64,000 bases of DNA, taken from positions 67,084,001 through 67,148,000 of the forward strand of contig CM060731.1 of the NCBI GenBank assembly GCA_030704615.1. Direction: 5' to 3'. This DNA comes from Takakia lepidozioides. Its lineage: Eukaryota > Plantae > Bryophyta. The translations under genes and the position numbers were made by a program. Within the stretch, counting starts at the first letter, position 1; every line of letters begins with the position of its first letter. Below are positions 1-13,299 of the stretch, piece after piece. The notes under the pieces were generated by a model. That model ran no database searches, was not told where the DNA came from, and saw nothing but the letters and a program-made list of their open reading frames with translations.

Positions 1-1767
1 CCTCCTATTAAGTAATTTGCTTACCAAGAGAGTGTCAAGGAGCGTGCTATAGTTCAAAAAGAAGTGCAGGAAATGCTAGATGTTGGTGTCATTAAACCAT
101 CAGTTTCTCCTTGGGCAAGCCCAATTGTCCTGGTTGGAAAGAAAAATAGCACTACCTGCTTTTGTGTTGACTTCAGGAAGTTGAATGACATTACCAAGAA
201 AGAGGTCTATCCCCTGCCCATGATCAATGAGATCTTAAATCAATTGCATGGTGCTACCATCTTCTCCTCCTTTGATCTTGCATTTGGTTTTTGGCAAGTA
301 CCTCTCACTGATGCAGCAAAAAAAAAGACCTCCTTCGTGTGTCACATAGGTAAGTATCAATATGAGACAATGCCCTCTGGCCTCTGTAATGCTACCTCTA
401 CTTTCTAGCGCCTCATGGATATTGTGTTGGATAATCTCCGCTGGGATGTGCCTTGATTTACATAGATGATATTAATGTATACTCAACAAATTTTGATGCC
501 CGTGGACTGATCTGCAATGTGTGTTCAGAAAATTGCGCACTGCAGACCTAAAGGTTAAACCAAAAAAATGTGAGCTATTTATGCTTGAGCTGCATTTCCT
601 TGGGCATGTCCTGTCCAGGGATGGCTTACTTCTTAATCCTGCCAAGCTTGAATCTGTTTGGGGCTTTCCTATTCCCCGGGATAAACATTGCATCAAATCC
701 TTCATTGGTCTAGCTTCTTATTACAGGCGCTTCATTAAAAACTTTGCTAAGCTTGCTCACCCTCTAACCAAGGTGTTGTTAAAGGATGTCAGGTTTGAAT
801 GAACCTTCTCCCAGCAAGCTATCTTTGACACCCTCCGCAAAGCCTTGTGTTCAGCATCCATCTTGATGTTTCATAACTTTGAATTACTTTTCCTGCTCAA
901 GACTGATGCATCGGATGTTTTTATTTCTGCAATCTTGTGTCAAGTTGTAGAAGGAAAAAAACATGTAATAGCCTATGCATCCTGCCGTCTAGACCATCAT
1001 GAGAAGAATTATTCCATATCTGATAAGGAAGGTCTGGCCCTGGTTTTTGGTGCGAAGCACTTCAGGCAATATTTACATGGCAGCCGGTTTGTGGTAGAGA
1101 CTGATCATCGTCCACTAAAAACTCTTGTTAGGCCAATGGAGCTTCATGGCAGGAAAATATCAACACTGATGCGCGGACCCGTGTTGATCCTCTTGTTAGT
1201 AGGCCTTTGCTCACCTTGGATGATCTTGCAGCTACTGATGCAGCCACTACTCCAAATCCAGTTCATATTCTCAACCTCATTTGCGCAGATCAGCGACCCT
1301 TGGCCTTGGATTCTCATTGCAACTTGGCTGCATGGGGCTGGTCTAGCCTTTCTTGATGATCCTGGTTGATTTGCTCATGTGCTAGTATGTATGGTGGACC
1401 TAAAGCTTAGTGAGAATTCGGATAGTTTGGTGGAAGTTCCTTGACATGTTCCAGCTCTTCTCTTTCCTAGGCTCCCGAGTTTGTTGTAATTCAACTGCTG
1501 CACTCCGGTGTGACTTTGGCTTGAACTTCAAGGCCTGATTTGGCTATCCATGAGTAGTAACAAATGAGGTGAAGAGAATCCCTCGCTGGAGATCATAGGT
1601 GCGGGCACTCCAGTCCACCTTCACTAAAGCCGATTGTCTATCTCTTATGTGCAGTGCAGTCATGGATGATCAGCTACATATTGCGCTACTCCTGCGATGC
1701 CAAATTGGGCGTTCGTCAACCGGCCTTTCTGAATCATTGCATAAACAAATTCTCTATCATGTGTCTA
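1..1767 (+). pseudogene. Decayed Ty3/Gypsy pol (RT, RNase H and linker) of the host element 'Gypsy-1'; 5' part lies outside the window
   Basis: ORFs 64-408 (SPWASPIVLV, CVDFRKLN, YPLPMI, FDLAFGFWQV), YIDD at ~458-470, 521-802 (FLGHVLS, SFIGLASYYRRFI), 845- (LKTDASD, IAYAS, NYSISDKEGLA, ETDHRPL); stops and frameshifts; truncated at the CACTA insertion. Confidence 0.93.
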
Positions 1768-1789
1768 CACTACAACAGATGAGCGTTTT

Positions 1790-2330
1790 TATGACTTCAC
1801 ATATGACTATTTTTTCAGTCTTATATGCGTTCATGACTACATCACTCTGTAGTGAAAAAAGCCCTGTCATAGCGACTAGTCTTTAGGACTGCGTTTTGCA
1901 AGTCATATCCATGACTGCTTGCGTGGCACCTGGAGTCCTGCTGCAGAGAGGGTTGCAGTCACAACTATATGACTAATATATGACTACATTGTCTGTTGAG
2001 CGCTGCCTACATGGAGAGGCTTCAGCGGGACACGTGCGCCACTGCGCAAGCGACACGTCATGCATTCGTCAGGGGATCATATGACTATATGTCTGCAAAG
2101 TGATGCCTACATGGAGAGGCGACGGATGGACACGTGCGCCACTGCGAATTTGACATGTCACAACTTCTTGCCATGATCATATGACTACATGTATGCACAC
2201 TGATGCCTACATGGAGAGGAGCTAGCAAGACACGTGTGCTATGGCAGATTTCACACGTGGTGACTACATGACTCGCTCATATGACTACATGGATGTCTAC
2301 ATGGAGAGTTGTTAGCAGGACACCTGTTGC
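1790..2330. repeat. Left subterminal repeats of the CACTA element
   Basis: Many ATGACT(AC)/AGTCAT motifs, plus ~100-bp units containing CTACATGGAGAGG..GACACGTG repeated 3-4 times. Confidence 0.8.
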
Positions 2331-5300
2331 ACTTGAGAGGGGCACAGCAGGGTACCCGTAACCCACCACAGCACCTTGAAGAGCAACAATCAGCCCTACT
2401 CCATATTTCTTGCGTTTGGAGTTCACATCCAACAGCCGAACCTCGTCACCCACCCTGAACTGTGATCCCAACTCCACACAAAAAAGAACACGATGTGAAA
2501 ACCCATGACATACACACGACTAGGACACTCAACATTTGCGAGCTAAAGAGAGCCCCAAGGTTGGAAAAAATAAAACAAACAAGACAACGGCCTGGACTTA
2601 CTCCATTTGCCGTCTCTAGTGGTGGTGAGACCTCTTTTGGGGGGCTACTCGCCGGGTCGACACTCTTGCCCCTCGTCTGTACCGGCTTGTCGACAATATC
2701 ACCTTTGTTTGTCACAAGTTCATGTGTCACAGATCAGAGAACAACCAGGAAAGCAATGAGCAAACAAGAATAGTGAATAGAAACAAAATCCAAGTATGAA
2801 TCAAACAAAAAAAGCCAACATGAAAAGCTGCAAAGAAACCTAGCATTAATCAAGCAACTGAGGAGAAGCATCCAGGAAAGCAATGCAATGAATGAACCCA
2901 CAAAAATGTAGCCTCTGGAGCACTGTCAGAATGTTTGTACCTTCACAGTAGCAGTGTTGTATGGTTGTTGTCCGAAAACAGGCTGAGACTCCAAAAACTT
3001 GGGAATACTGGCAGCTTTCGATGCCTTCCACAAGAAAGGCCACAACACCTCTGTTAGATACTCACCAGTTGGTGAATCTGGTTGCATCTTCCATGGCTCT
3101 GGAAAAATCCCACTGAAGGGAGGATTGTTTGCCGCCTTTCTTGGTGTGTCGTCAACAAGAACAGTGTCCTCATAAGTCCATTCTGGCGAGTCTGCCCACA
3201 CTGTAGACAAGTTCTTGAAATATAATGGCTTTGAATCAGACCCCTTACGGCATGGGAGGACTGGATCCTCGTCTCCCACTGGAAAACCAGGTTAGTGTGG
3301 ACTGCAAAAATATAGTCCACCATTGGGAAGAAGTTGCGAGCTTGGCAACAAGACCACACCGCCACCTCAAAGTGTTCAAAATACTTTTGCAAAAAGTCAT
3401 AACAGCGTGGTCTCAAAACTACCATCTTCTTGCCACACATCTTCCCACAAAACCTTTGGGAAGGGATGCAGGCCCATTAGCAGAATGAAAAGATTCACAT
3501 AACAGACCATTTAAGTCCAGAATTAGTAAATGCTTCCTCGTTGGTCCAGGAAGTAAATTGACATTTGGCTTCAACATGTGAGCAAGAGAAATTAAAGCAA
3601 CCTATTTGTTTGTTTTGTCCCCGTCTGCATCTTCCTCCCCATCTAAACTCCCACATACCTGCATACCAGAATCCGGTGTGCCCGGCGGCTCTGTCACCAT
3701 TGCCCCCTGGACTGCTACTGCTTTGTACGTGGCAATGGGCTGATTTCCACGTGTACCTCACAGCTGGCCTTCCCTGTATCCTGCTGCTGCTCGGTCAAAT
3801 TCAAAAGATCATCAGTGACAGGAAGACATAAGGGCTTAGAGTGAGCACCAGTTACCGTCTGAAATTGGGATTCCAAACATTTGATACTGTCACAGCAGAC
3901 GTATCCATCGTAGATGTCACTGGTCCTGCCTGCGCCTGGTAGATTAATCCCCAATCTGGTCACAATGGCTTTCTGGTACTCAATCATACTCTGCATCTGT
4001 AATTTTAATTCTGTCATGCACGTCCTTGTGATTCCACCAGTTTGTCCAAGCCATCCATCCTGCCAACTACTGTAGAATATGCGAGACTTCCCTCCTACCA
4101 ATCCATGAAAACTTGCCCAAGTATGAATCAAACCAAAAAAACCTAGCATGAACAACCATTGGAAAGAAAACCCAGGCCAAAAGCCGTGAAAAAAACCTAG
4201 CAACCTATGATGCAGCAACCACTCTAGCAAACGTGGAAAACACACTTACCCGCCTGTCACTCCCAGCTGACAACCGTGACACTGAACCCTCTTGAATTTC
4301 ATATAATGTAGGAGGGCACCCTGATAGTGTTTCCTACAAATTAATCCATGCCACAAACAAACCCATGCCACAAGTCAGTAAGCAATGTGAGGGCTGACTA
4401 TATACACATAGCAATTCAATGAGGAACAAAATACAGAGTCGTGATGATGCCACTTACCAAGCGTGCTTCCACCATTGCCTTCCCACCACGGCCAGTCTTG
4501 GTAGGATTCAGAATTGCACCATTTGCCTTCTTCATGTTGCCCAACACTTTGTGGAACACCTCTGTCTGTCAGTAACTTACAAGCTTGTTTCATACCTCGT
4601 CAGATACAGTAATGGGTTTCCCCTTACCACCCAACCACGCAGTGTGTGCTTCATAACGCTGGCTCTTCATTCTTCTGCCAATTGTTTGTTTAGGTGGAAG
4701 TTTTTTAACTCGTGTGGCGTATATGAAAATAGCTTAGCCAGGTGATCTCTGATTTCATATACAACTTCATCAGGTTGGTTGTTGATGGCAAGGGAACAAT
4801 CTAGCTTGCGATAAGCCTGTCCTTTAAGGGCAGCGTGCCATACATTCCGGGTCTGACCATACGGGGCTCCTTTGAGGTTCGTCAAAATCACCGTGGGAGG
4901 AAGACCTGCAGCTATTCTCTCTTCCTTGACCTTGGCAGCTTCAATTTTGGCTGAGCTATTAGCCCTCCTTAAAGCATTGGTTCTATCATTATTTGAAACG
5001 GCACCCTCCCCTCCTTCATAGACCTCCGTGCGCTCAGGAGAATTCAAAGCAGAATCCTGCCAAGTAGGGACTGGTGGCCATGGCTGTTGGCCAGAAGGCC
5101 GAGGACCATACTGGCCATACTGTCCATAAGCAGGAGGATATTCCGGTGGCCTGCCACCCCCATAGCTATTAGGGGGTGGCAAATATGGTGGAGGAGGATA
5201 CTGCCCATACTGCCTATATGGAGGAGCACCATATTGACCCTGACCATACTGAGTGCCAGACTGTGGGTACTGAGCATACCATAATAAGGTGGGGGTATTG

Positions 5301-6300
5301 GTGGCACAGAACCCACAACGTTGGGAGAGTTAGGGCCACCTCCTGCGTTCTTGTGGGCGCCATCTCCATTGCTAGCAGCAAGGATCGTGGATCCAGTGCG
5401 CTTGTGCTTGCCCTGAAAGAAATTCCCCCAGTACAATGTGGGTGATTACACATACATATAGGCAACAAGCAGCAAATCCTTGAATTCAGGCAAAACAAAC
5501 TGGAAGCACATATCATTTGTAAAGACAAGATTACCCAAAACTCAATATGATCTTGGGCAGAGTAAATCTCCCAAATTTGATTGGCCCCAATGATGTCCTC
5601 CCAGTACATTTTTGAGCCCTCTTAGGTATGGGGTGTTCCTGAAATCCATAGCAAGAATTCAAATGGACAAACCTGATGGGTCCATGAGAAGTATCCCTCC
5701 AAGTTTTACTGATTTTGGGTGCATAAGTAACCCAAGTATCTCTATAAGTAGCCATTGTAGCTTAGTACCAGGACGTTGGTTTCATGGGGCAAAGAATTTG
5801 AACACACCTGAAGTCTACATTGGCCTGACATCATGCCTTTGGCACTTCAACTTGTCTAGTGGAAATCATTTGTGATTGTGCCTTGGCTGACCCCTGCATT
5901 GTCCAACTTCCCTGTCTTGACAGACATACCCTATCTCTTCGTGATTTTACCAAACATACATAATTTGAATCATGGTCATTGTGAAGAACTATAACTCACA
6001 GACGGAGAAGGTGTTCGTAGTAGTGTAGATGATGGGCGTTTTTGTCCTGCGACATGAGCATGGGCATGTTCTCCTCGGCTTGCCGTGGCATCCGCCGACG
6101 ACGCACTCGCCTCGCACTGGCGTGGGAGGAGTGGATCGTCCTCATCGTCCTCAGAAGAGCCCTCATGCAGAATCGTAGTCTTCATCGTCTTCAGTCTGGC
6201 ACTTTGCCTTGTAGGACCTTGATCCCTAGCTTTTTCCTTCGGAGCGCGTGGCTTGCGAGGGCGATTCGCTCCCGCAAGCCTGCACAAATACCTCCATGAC
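2330..6300 (-). pseudogene. Multi-exon TnpA-like (Ptta/En/Spm second-ORF-like) gene of the CACTA element, with an embedded FCP1-like domain; disrupted
   Basis: Exon-like blocks ~5997-6300, ~4595-5430 (Pro/Gly/Tyr-rich then GAPYGQTRNVWHAAL), ~4458-4565 (KANGAILNPTKTGRGGKAMVEARL then GT donor), ~3770-4070, ~2990-3760, ~2620-2730, ~2330-2475 (FRVGDEVRLLDV..GVGLIV). The family call is by resemblance only. Confidence 0.55.
2990..3540 (-). pseudogene. FCP1/NIF (HAD IIID) phosphatase-like domain inside the CACTA element
   Basis: Across two frameshifts: RKHLLILDLNGLL (3500-3538), LRPRCYDFLQKYFEHFEVAVWSC, VFQW, KPLYFKNLSTVW, DTVLVDDTPRKAANNPPFSGIFP. This is the motif order of plant DLNG-type FCP1-homology proteins. 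Confidence 0.85.
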
Positions 6301-6840
6301 CTCCCTCTCAAACAATCACAAACAAATGTAAGCATACATACCCTAATACTCTTAAGCCTACGCTGAACCACAGCCGCACCCTACCAGAACGTAATGTCTG
6401 CCCACGAATGACGGCGGACATCTCCCACCTAATGACACACCCTCCTCAAACCTAATCGTCACTCACTGCATGTTGTTTGCATCTCTGTTTGTACAAGTCG
6501 CAGCTACTCGCCCCCATTTGTGCTATGAAGCTTATGATCGCTGTGGGAAGGTTAGAGGATAAGACAAATCGCAAGTTTAGTGGGTGGGTATCCAAAGTCA
6601 GGAACTAAACTCACCCATCTATCGACTGCTTGAACGTTGCTTCCACCTCCTTTATGGCAGCAATCCGGCGCTCTCGGAACTTCTCGTAATCAGTGAGAGG
6701 GACTGTCACTTCGAAGACCTTCCGCTTCACCATGGACACTCAGAAACGATACTTATAGTATACTATAGATATAGAAATAGCACATTGGCAGCTGGTGCAA
6801 AACTAGAGACAATGCACTGTGCGTAGCATGCAAAGAGGGA

Positions 6841-9800
6841 ATGGGTGACGTTCAAAGCATGTACAGTGCAGGTGCGTAGGCGTAGAATAGATGACCGTCT
6901 ATGGCGAATGGAAGAAGCTTATGCCACAAGGAATGGGCATACAAAAATGCTATGCAACTGCGATGAGTGTCATGGAGGAGGAAAAGTACTGTTGTTGGAA
7001 ACAGTGAGGAATCATTACATGATACACGGGAGGGATCCTCTTCTCCAACGTGTTCTCTTCCGGTAAGATCGCCACTTTCCCTTCAGCACTTTAGTTTGAA
7101 TTTTGAATGCAACGATCCTCTTCTCTACATGTCGACATTTCGTTGGGTGATTGTAGTCAAGAAGTCATAAGATACAGACGTGATATGACTACGCCACTTC
7201 CGTTATCATTTAATTAATGCACATGTCGCTTTTTTCATTGGTCATGTGTAGTCATGTAGTCATTATTGACTAAGTAAGTGACTGCAACTATGACTTCAAT
7301 GGTTACAAATGTCATGTTTTGATTGGGTGTATATTCATAAGATACATACGTAAATATGACTGCATCACTGCAATGTGCCTCCTATGTCATAATATGAACA
7401 AGTGTCACATCGTTGTTGGTCCACTCACAAGATGACTATTGGGATGCAGGGATGTGAATATTCAGATGATGAAGACGAAGGCCCTGCGGCACAGCGGGAG
7501 CCCAATGTCACAGAGAACGCAGATGAGAGTGGTGGATTGGAGGTAGAAATGCAGCGTGCATTGCAGGAAGTGTTTCTCTTTGCAGATGCAAACAGAGAGG
7601 ACTTCATTCATGGTGGAACCGATCACACATTTGCCGATCATGACGATGATCTCGAAGATTCCGGAGACAATGAATTTGATGAGAATGCTCACCTGCACGT
7701 TGATCCCGAGTATGATAAACTCTTCCGAACGTCGTAATGTCCACTTTTTGAAGGGTGCTCCATCAGCCGGCTGCAAGCAACTTTGACGTTGCTGAACGCA
7801 TGCACTACCCACAAGTGCACCAATGCATTTGTGGATGAGCTTCTGGGATTGTTGCGTAAGAGTTTTTTGCATAAAGAGAATTCATTGCCGAAAACTCACT
7901 ATGAAGCAAAAACCATGATTGCTAAGATGGGATTGCAGTACACGATGATTCATGCCTGTGAGCGTGGTTGTGTACTCTTCCGTGGGGAGTATGAGAATGT
8001 AGACATTTGCCCAGTGTGCCGCAGTTCCCGTTACATTCCAGGTCGTGGAAGTGTGCCCAAGAAAGTATTGCGACACTTCCCTGTCATTCCAAGGTTGTGA
8101 AACGTATATACCGATGTAAATCGATCGCTAACCTCATGACATGGCACGACAGACATAAGAGCCAAGATGGGTTGGTTCGACATCCAGCTGATAGCAAAGC
8201 ATGGAGACACATTGACGCCACATTTGCGGATTTTGCTGCAGAGCCACGATCTCTATGATTTGGATTGGCCTTAGGTGTAAATGCCTACGGAGCTCAATCC
8301 ACAAGTTGGAGCACATGGCCCGTTCTCTTGGTCAATTACAATCTGCCTCCGTGGTTAATGACCAAAAAGTTCTTTGTCATGTTAGCGCTACTGATTCCTG
8401 GTAAGGAGTCTGTTACCTCGGACAACGTAGATGTTTACCTGATGCCCCTAGTGGAAGAGCTATTGGAACTATGGAGAGGGATTGCAGCTCATGATGTTTC
8501 TCGTCCTCGTGGTCAACGCGAATTCACACTGAGGGCAGTGTTGATGTGGTCAATCCATGACTACCCTGCATATGGCTTGCTCTCAGGTCAAGTGACGAAA
8601 GGTTATGCTGGTTGTCCAGCTTGTGGACCCGGGGTGACTTCACAGCAGTTACACACATGTGGAAAAATTGTTTTCCTAGGCCACCGAAGATTTTTGGCCC
8701 GCAATCATCCATATAGAAGGTCAAGAATGTTCAATGGCGCTACTGAGCATGGAACTCCTCCAAAAACGCAGACTGGAACACAAATCAAGGACCTTGCAAC
8801 AGCTCGCACTGCATGGGTGGAAAACGGAGGGACGCCAGATAGCAGGACAGACCCAGCAAAAACTCATGGAGTTAAGCGATTGTCAATTTTATAGTCTTAC
8901 CTTATTGGGAGGTAGGTAATTCCTTCATGGCCTTTAAATTGGGTGTGTACATTTTTTGCGTTTTCTGCTTAAATTGTGATGAGTAAATGCTCAATTGCTT
9001 ATGTGTTCATTTTGTAGGGTCTCCTCATCCGCCACACGTTTGACGCAATGCATTGCGAGAAGAACTGGTTGAAAATATTATTAAAACTATCTTTGGTGAG
9101 AAAGACACATTGAAAGTTCGCCGTGATTTGGAGCTACTTGGGATGCGCCCGGAATTGTGGCTACAACTCCTGACAGAGCAGATACGTTAATTATGCCTCC
9201 TGCCCCTTATGTCCTCACTGAGGCCGAGTTACAAGTCTTTCTGGAGATTGTGCAGAACTTGAAAGTGCCAACAGGCTACGCATCAGCTTTCAAAAAGCAT
9301 GTGGTGAAGAAGAAGTTGTCAGGCATGAAATCACATGACTATCATGTGCTCATGCAGCAAATTATACCGCGTGCTATCCGTGGGCTCATGCCCAAGTGGT
9401 CCTCGAGAAGGGCCATTTTGCGAGTATGTCGTTGTATTGAAGAAGTTGTGTGCAAAAGTGGTGAATCCTGTAGAGTATGAGGAATTGAGAACTGAAGCAG
9501 TTCTCACTCTGTGTCTTATAGAGAAGGAGTTCCCACCATCATTTTTTGATGTGATGACACATCTGGTTGTTCACCTAGTGGATGAGTTGTACTTATGCGG
9601 GCCCGTAGCATCTCGTTGGATGTACCCCATGGAGCGGGCAATGAAAGATATGAAGGGCTACGTAAGAAACATGGCAAGGCCCGAGGGGAGCATGGCAGAA
9701 GGATACCAATTTGAAGAAGCATTGGGTTTTTGCACAGAGTATATGGCAGGATTTGATGGAAGTGTACGAAGGGTGTGGGATGCAGATGAGGCAGAATCTG

Positions 9801-10987
9801 TGGAACGTGAAGTTGTGGAAGGAAGTTCTAAAGCCCGAAAATTGAATGACCTGTGTGATATTGTACATGAGTACATCATTCAGAACCATCCTCGTCTATC
9901 AGTCATGTTGGGGTAAGAAATCTACTTCATTGACATTCAGATTTCCAAGTTTTAGTCATTTATCATTAGTTGGCATATGGCGTCTTTTCAAATCTCCCAC
10001 GCCACCTCTGTCAATCTCCTGGCTGACCCTCGGATTGTGACAGGATATATGAAGCAGAAAGAAGCCAGACGACGCTTGTTTCGTGAGGAGCAAGGGCTGG
10101 AAGGCATGAGCAATCCCACGGCAATTCAGTACCCTCCTGATTTGCATCCTTGTCCTCCATTTGCTGTTTGGCTCCCTCAAGGTGTACGGGATCATCTCTC
10201 AATTCAATCAGATGGGCTTGATCCTACAACACGTGAGGAATTACTGGATCTTTCAAGGCCTCCATCATTTACTGCCCTGTCATTCAAGAGTATGACAGCG
10301 TATGGTAACCATTACAGGGTTACATCCCCCGGCATGAACACAACAAGTATGGTGTCTTTTGATTGTGGAGTCTCATCTGTTTTCCAGCACCAGCCCATTA
10401 CCAACAATTCAGGCAATGACATGGAGGAACCTACAAGATATGTGGGTCTTATAAGGGAGATTTTGCAAATTGACTATGGCCAAACACAGCCTATAGTGTT
10501 TTTGTGTTCGTGGGTACGGGCGAGTCGCGTGGGTCGTCAACCTATGTCAATGAAGCAGGATGATGCTGGCTTCACACTTGTCAATTTTAACCGTATGCTT
10601 CCACCTTCTGAGCAACCTTTTGTGTTTCCTGGCCAGGTTGATCAAGTGTTTTTTTCTGATTGTGTGAAGGAGCCGGGGTGGAAAGTCGTCCTGGAGAAGA
10701 GCCCCCGAGCACGTAGAGTGGTCTGCGACATATCAATTGATAATGATGATGTGGCGGAAGTGGAAGGATTGTTAGCCCCACAAAGACTAGAGGAGACTGT
10801 GGTTACTGATGGCCCAACATGCAGCCGAGCGGTACCGGTTACTCCAGAGCAGGTGGCCTCCTTGTACCTCCGAGCACCCCGTATACGTGGTGATGATGTT
10901 CAGCCAACCCTTGGACAAGATGAAGTCTGTGATGAAGACAGTGATACATGTAGTGACCCAGACATAGATGAGGATGATGAAGATTAG
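6841..10987 (+). pseudogene. CACTA TnpD-like transposase (transposase-associated Cys domain, Transposase_21, DUF4218, DUF4216), spliced and frameshifted
   Basis: MLCNCDEC; LPKTHYEAK, IHACERGCVLFR, CPVC; HPADSKAWRHID; WPVLLVNYNLPPWL; HDYPAYGLLSG; GMKSHDYH; FPPSFFDVMTHLVVHL..GPVASRWMYPMER; QPFVFPGQVDQVFF..PGWKVVL; GT-AG introns ~7063-7449, 8912-9018, 9914-10043. Confidence 0.93.
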
Positions 10988-11319
10988 ATATGCGCGATTT
11001 GTGCACTCCAGTTATAGACCATGCATGATAGTTTAAGGTGGTAACACTCCCTTCGCATTCCCATTAAGATATCATGCTTGGACACTGGATTTTATGATCA
11101 ATTATGGAGTGCTTTCCTTTCAGCACCCTTTATTCATTTGTTGTTGCAATTGGCTTTGGACCAACCCGTGCTGGTACCATTGCCATGGGTTCTGCCTGCA
11201 ATGTTTTCTTGCCATGGATTCGGCACACGCCACGAAAGGCCATCCAGACCATCCTCTGGAAATGCTCCAATGTTGTTTCAAACATCTCCACATTGCAATG
11301 GATACAACACTGACATTAG

Positions 11320-12800
11320 ATGAGTGAAAGTGAGACTAGACCTCCAGCCAGCCGGCTTTCCCACATCAAATTGAAGGGGATCTGTAGATTATAGATAACG
11401 GCTGTTGCCTTCTCAATGTCTTTTCCAATCACCTCTGCAATGAACTGGGGTATAAGATCCTTCAAATCACAAGTTTGAGCATCACGCACAAGCCACTTAC
11501 GGGGATAGAGTTTCCAATGCGAACCATTGGTCTTTTATTGATAGCATTGTTGTAAAATACATGGACCAACATGGTCAATTTCGGGAATGACATATAGTAC
11601 GCTTTCATGTACTATGTAAGCATGCAACTATGTACCAGTGACGTGGCTTGTTCGCCACTTAACCTGTTTGCCCATTCAGCCAGCTCCACATTGTCATGGA
11701 TTTTGCATGCTGGATTGTGAGGCCATCCACACCGTCCTCTGGAAATGCTATCATGGGGTTTCAGCTATGTCCACATTTCCCTGGATTATGCCTGCACGAA
11801 GCAAGGCCAACTGCATTCAGCACCCTCCACTTTATTATAGTATTGCAGCAACATTCAAAGCACTTCAATTTGTATCCATCGAAAACATCTAGGCTGGAAA
11901 AAGACATTGTTGCAGCAGAACTTAGGAAAGTACTTCTCCCCTTCCACTACACACGTGAAATGAAAGAAGCCAACCAACAGCATACCAGCCAAGAAAATAT
12001 GAAACCAGCCAAGAAAAGAGCCAATATATGCAGTGAAGGTCGACACTAAATGAAACTTATCCAACACTTACATTAGAGGAGGGAAGCTAAGTCTTACCTC
12101 CATAAGCTTGCCCACATCAAATTTGGGAGCTTTCAGAATTTCTCCTTTCCGGTTGAATGAACTTGGCTACAAGATCCTTCAAATCGCAAGTTTGAGCTTC
12201 ACACACAATGAACTTGCAGGGATTGAGCTTCCAATGCGAACCAGGAGTCTTATATTGATAGCATTGTTGTAAAACACATGGACCAACAATGACAGTCTCT
12301 AGAATGACATATAGTACAGCATGCCGCTTCCAGTTGACCATCTACCCATGTAGGTTTCTTGTACCTATCCTTCCACAGGGAATCATAGGTAATGTGGAGC
12401 TTGAAATCCAGCCCTCTTGGATGAATCTGGACCCACACTCTATCCCTGCTCCTTCAGCTATCCATGCCTCTGACAGCCTACAATTCTACCAGCAAACACC
12501 CCAACCATACTGGTGTGGAGTTCTTCCCCAAAACACCCCAACCCTACTTATCACAATCTGAAATGCATCTGCTTCTCTCTGTAGTCCAACAGGCATTCGC
12601 CTTTTTGTCTCCATTGTCCCACCATTGGGGTCGGAAAGTGTTCACCCCAAAGCTTCTCCTCACCTCTATTATATGTTTTTGGATACTTCCCTGCTGCCAC
12701 ACTGGCAGTAACTTGCCAAAGTCACTCCAAACCACCACAGATGTACCCAACGACCTAACTTACAGAATTCAATATGCATCTTGCGGCCGAGTCTGATGAG
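11320..12800 (-). pseudogene. Unidentified third coding remnant within the CACTA element, with an internally duplicated module
   Basis: Two diverged copies (~11350-11600 and ~12110-12320) translate in the same frame: VLYVIPEIDHVGPCILQQCYQ*KTNGSHWKLYPRKWLVRDAQTCDLKDL vs VLYVILETVIVGPCVLQQCYQYKTPGSHWKLNPCKFIVCEAQTCDLKDL. Confidence 0.45.
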
Positions 12801-13299
12801 AGGGCAACACAGGCTGAAATAGGTTGAAGAAGAAGGTGCCCTACCACATTGTCCTTGACCTGTCCTGACCCATGGAGGATTTGACCGATGACCTCTTGTG
12901 TGTGCTGCTTGTGTCTGTAGTCAGGTAATGTCGGATTGGTCTGTCAGATCGAACCACTACGGCGTAGATGAGTAGTCAGAGATTGAAACACGCTTGCTAA
13001 GACCAAGCTGACTCTCCCAAGAACGGCGAGCTCGCTTGTCCTCGTCTCGTCTCCTCCTCCTCTTCTCCTTCGTGCATCATTTGCTCAACGCCTCCATCCC
13101 ACGCCCCTGCATATCCTGCTATCATCGCGTTCCATCCCTCAGCTATGTGGTGTGGCGCAGGAGACAAAAAGACGCCAAGTCCCAGCCCTCCTTTCTGTTC
13201 ACGATTACACTAATGGGCAACCTTATTAGCAATTTTTTTAACTTTTTTAAACCTAATGGGCAACCTTATTTGCATTATATGTGCCTTCAAAATGACACG

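Noticed and set aside
1380-1767. Additional RNase H or other extra domain in the long Gypsy-1 RH-IN linker
   Set aside because: Too degenerate; no catalytic motif set is recoverable by eye
12380-12560. SET domain (GWGV / VGVFAG / WVDG words on the - strand)
   Set aside because: The motifs fall in different frames, and no NHS or ELxxDY motif was found
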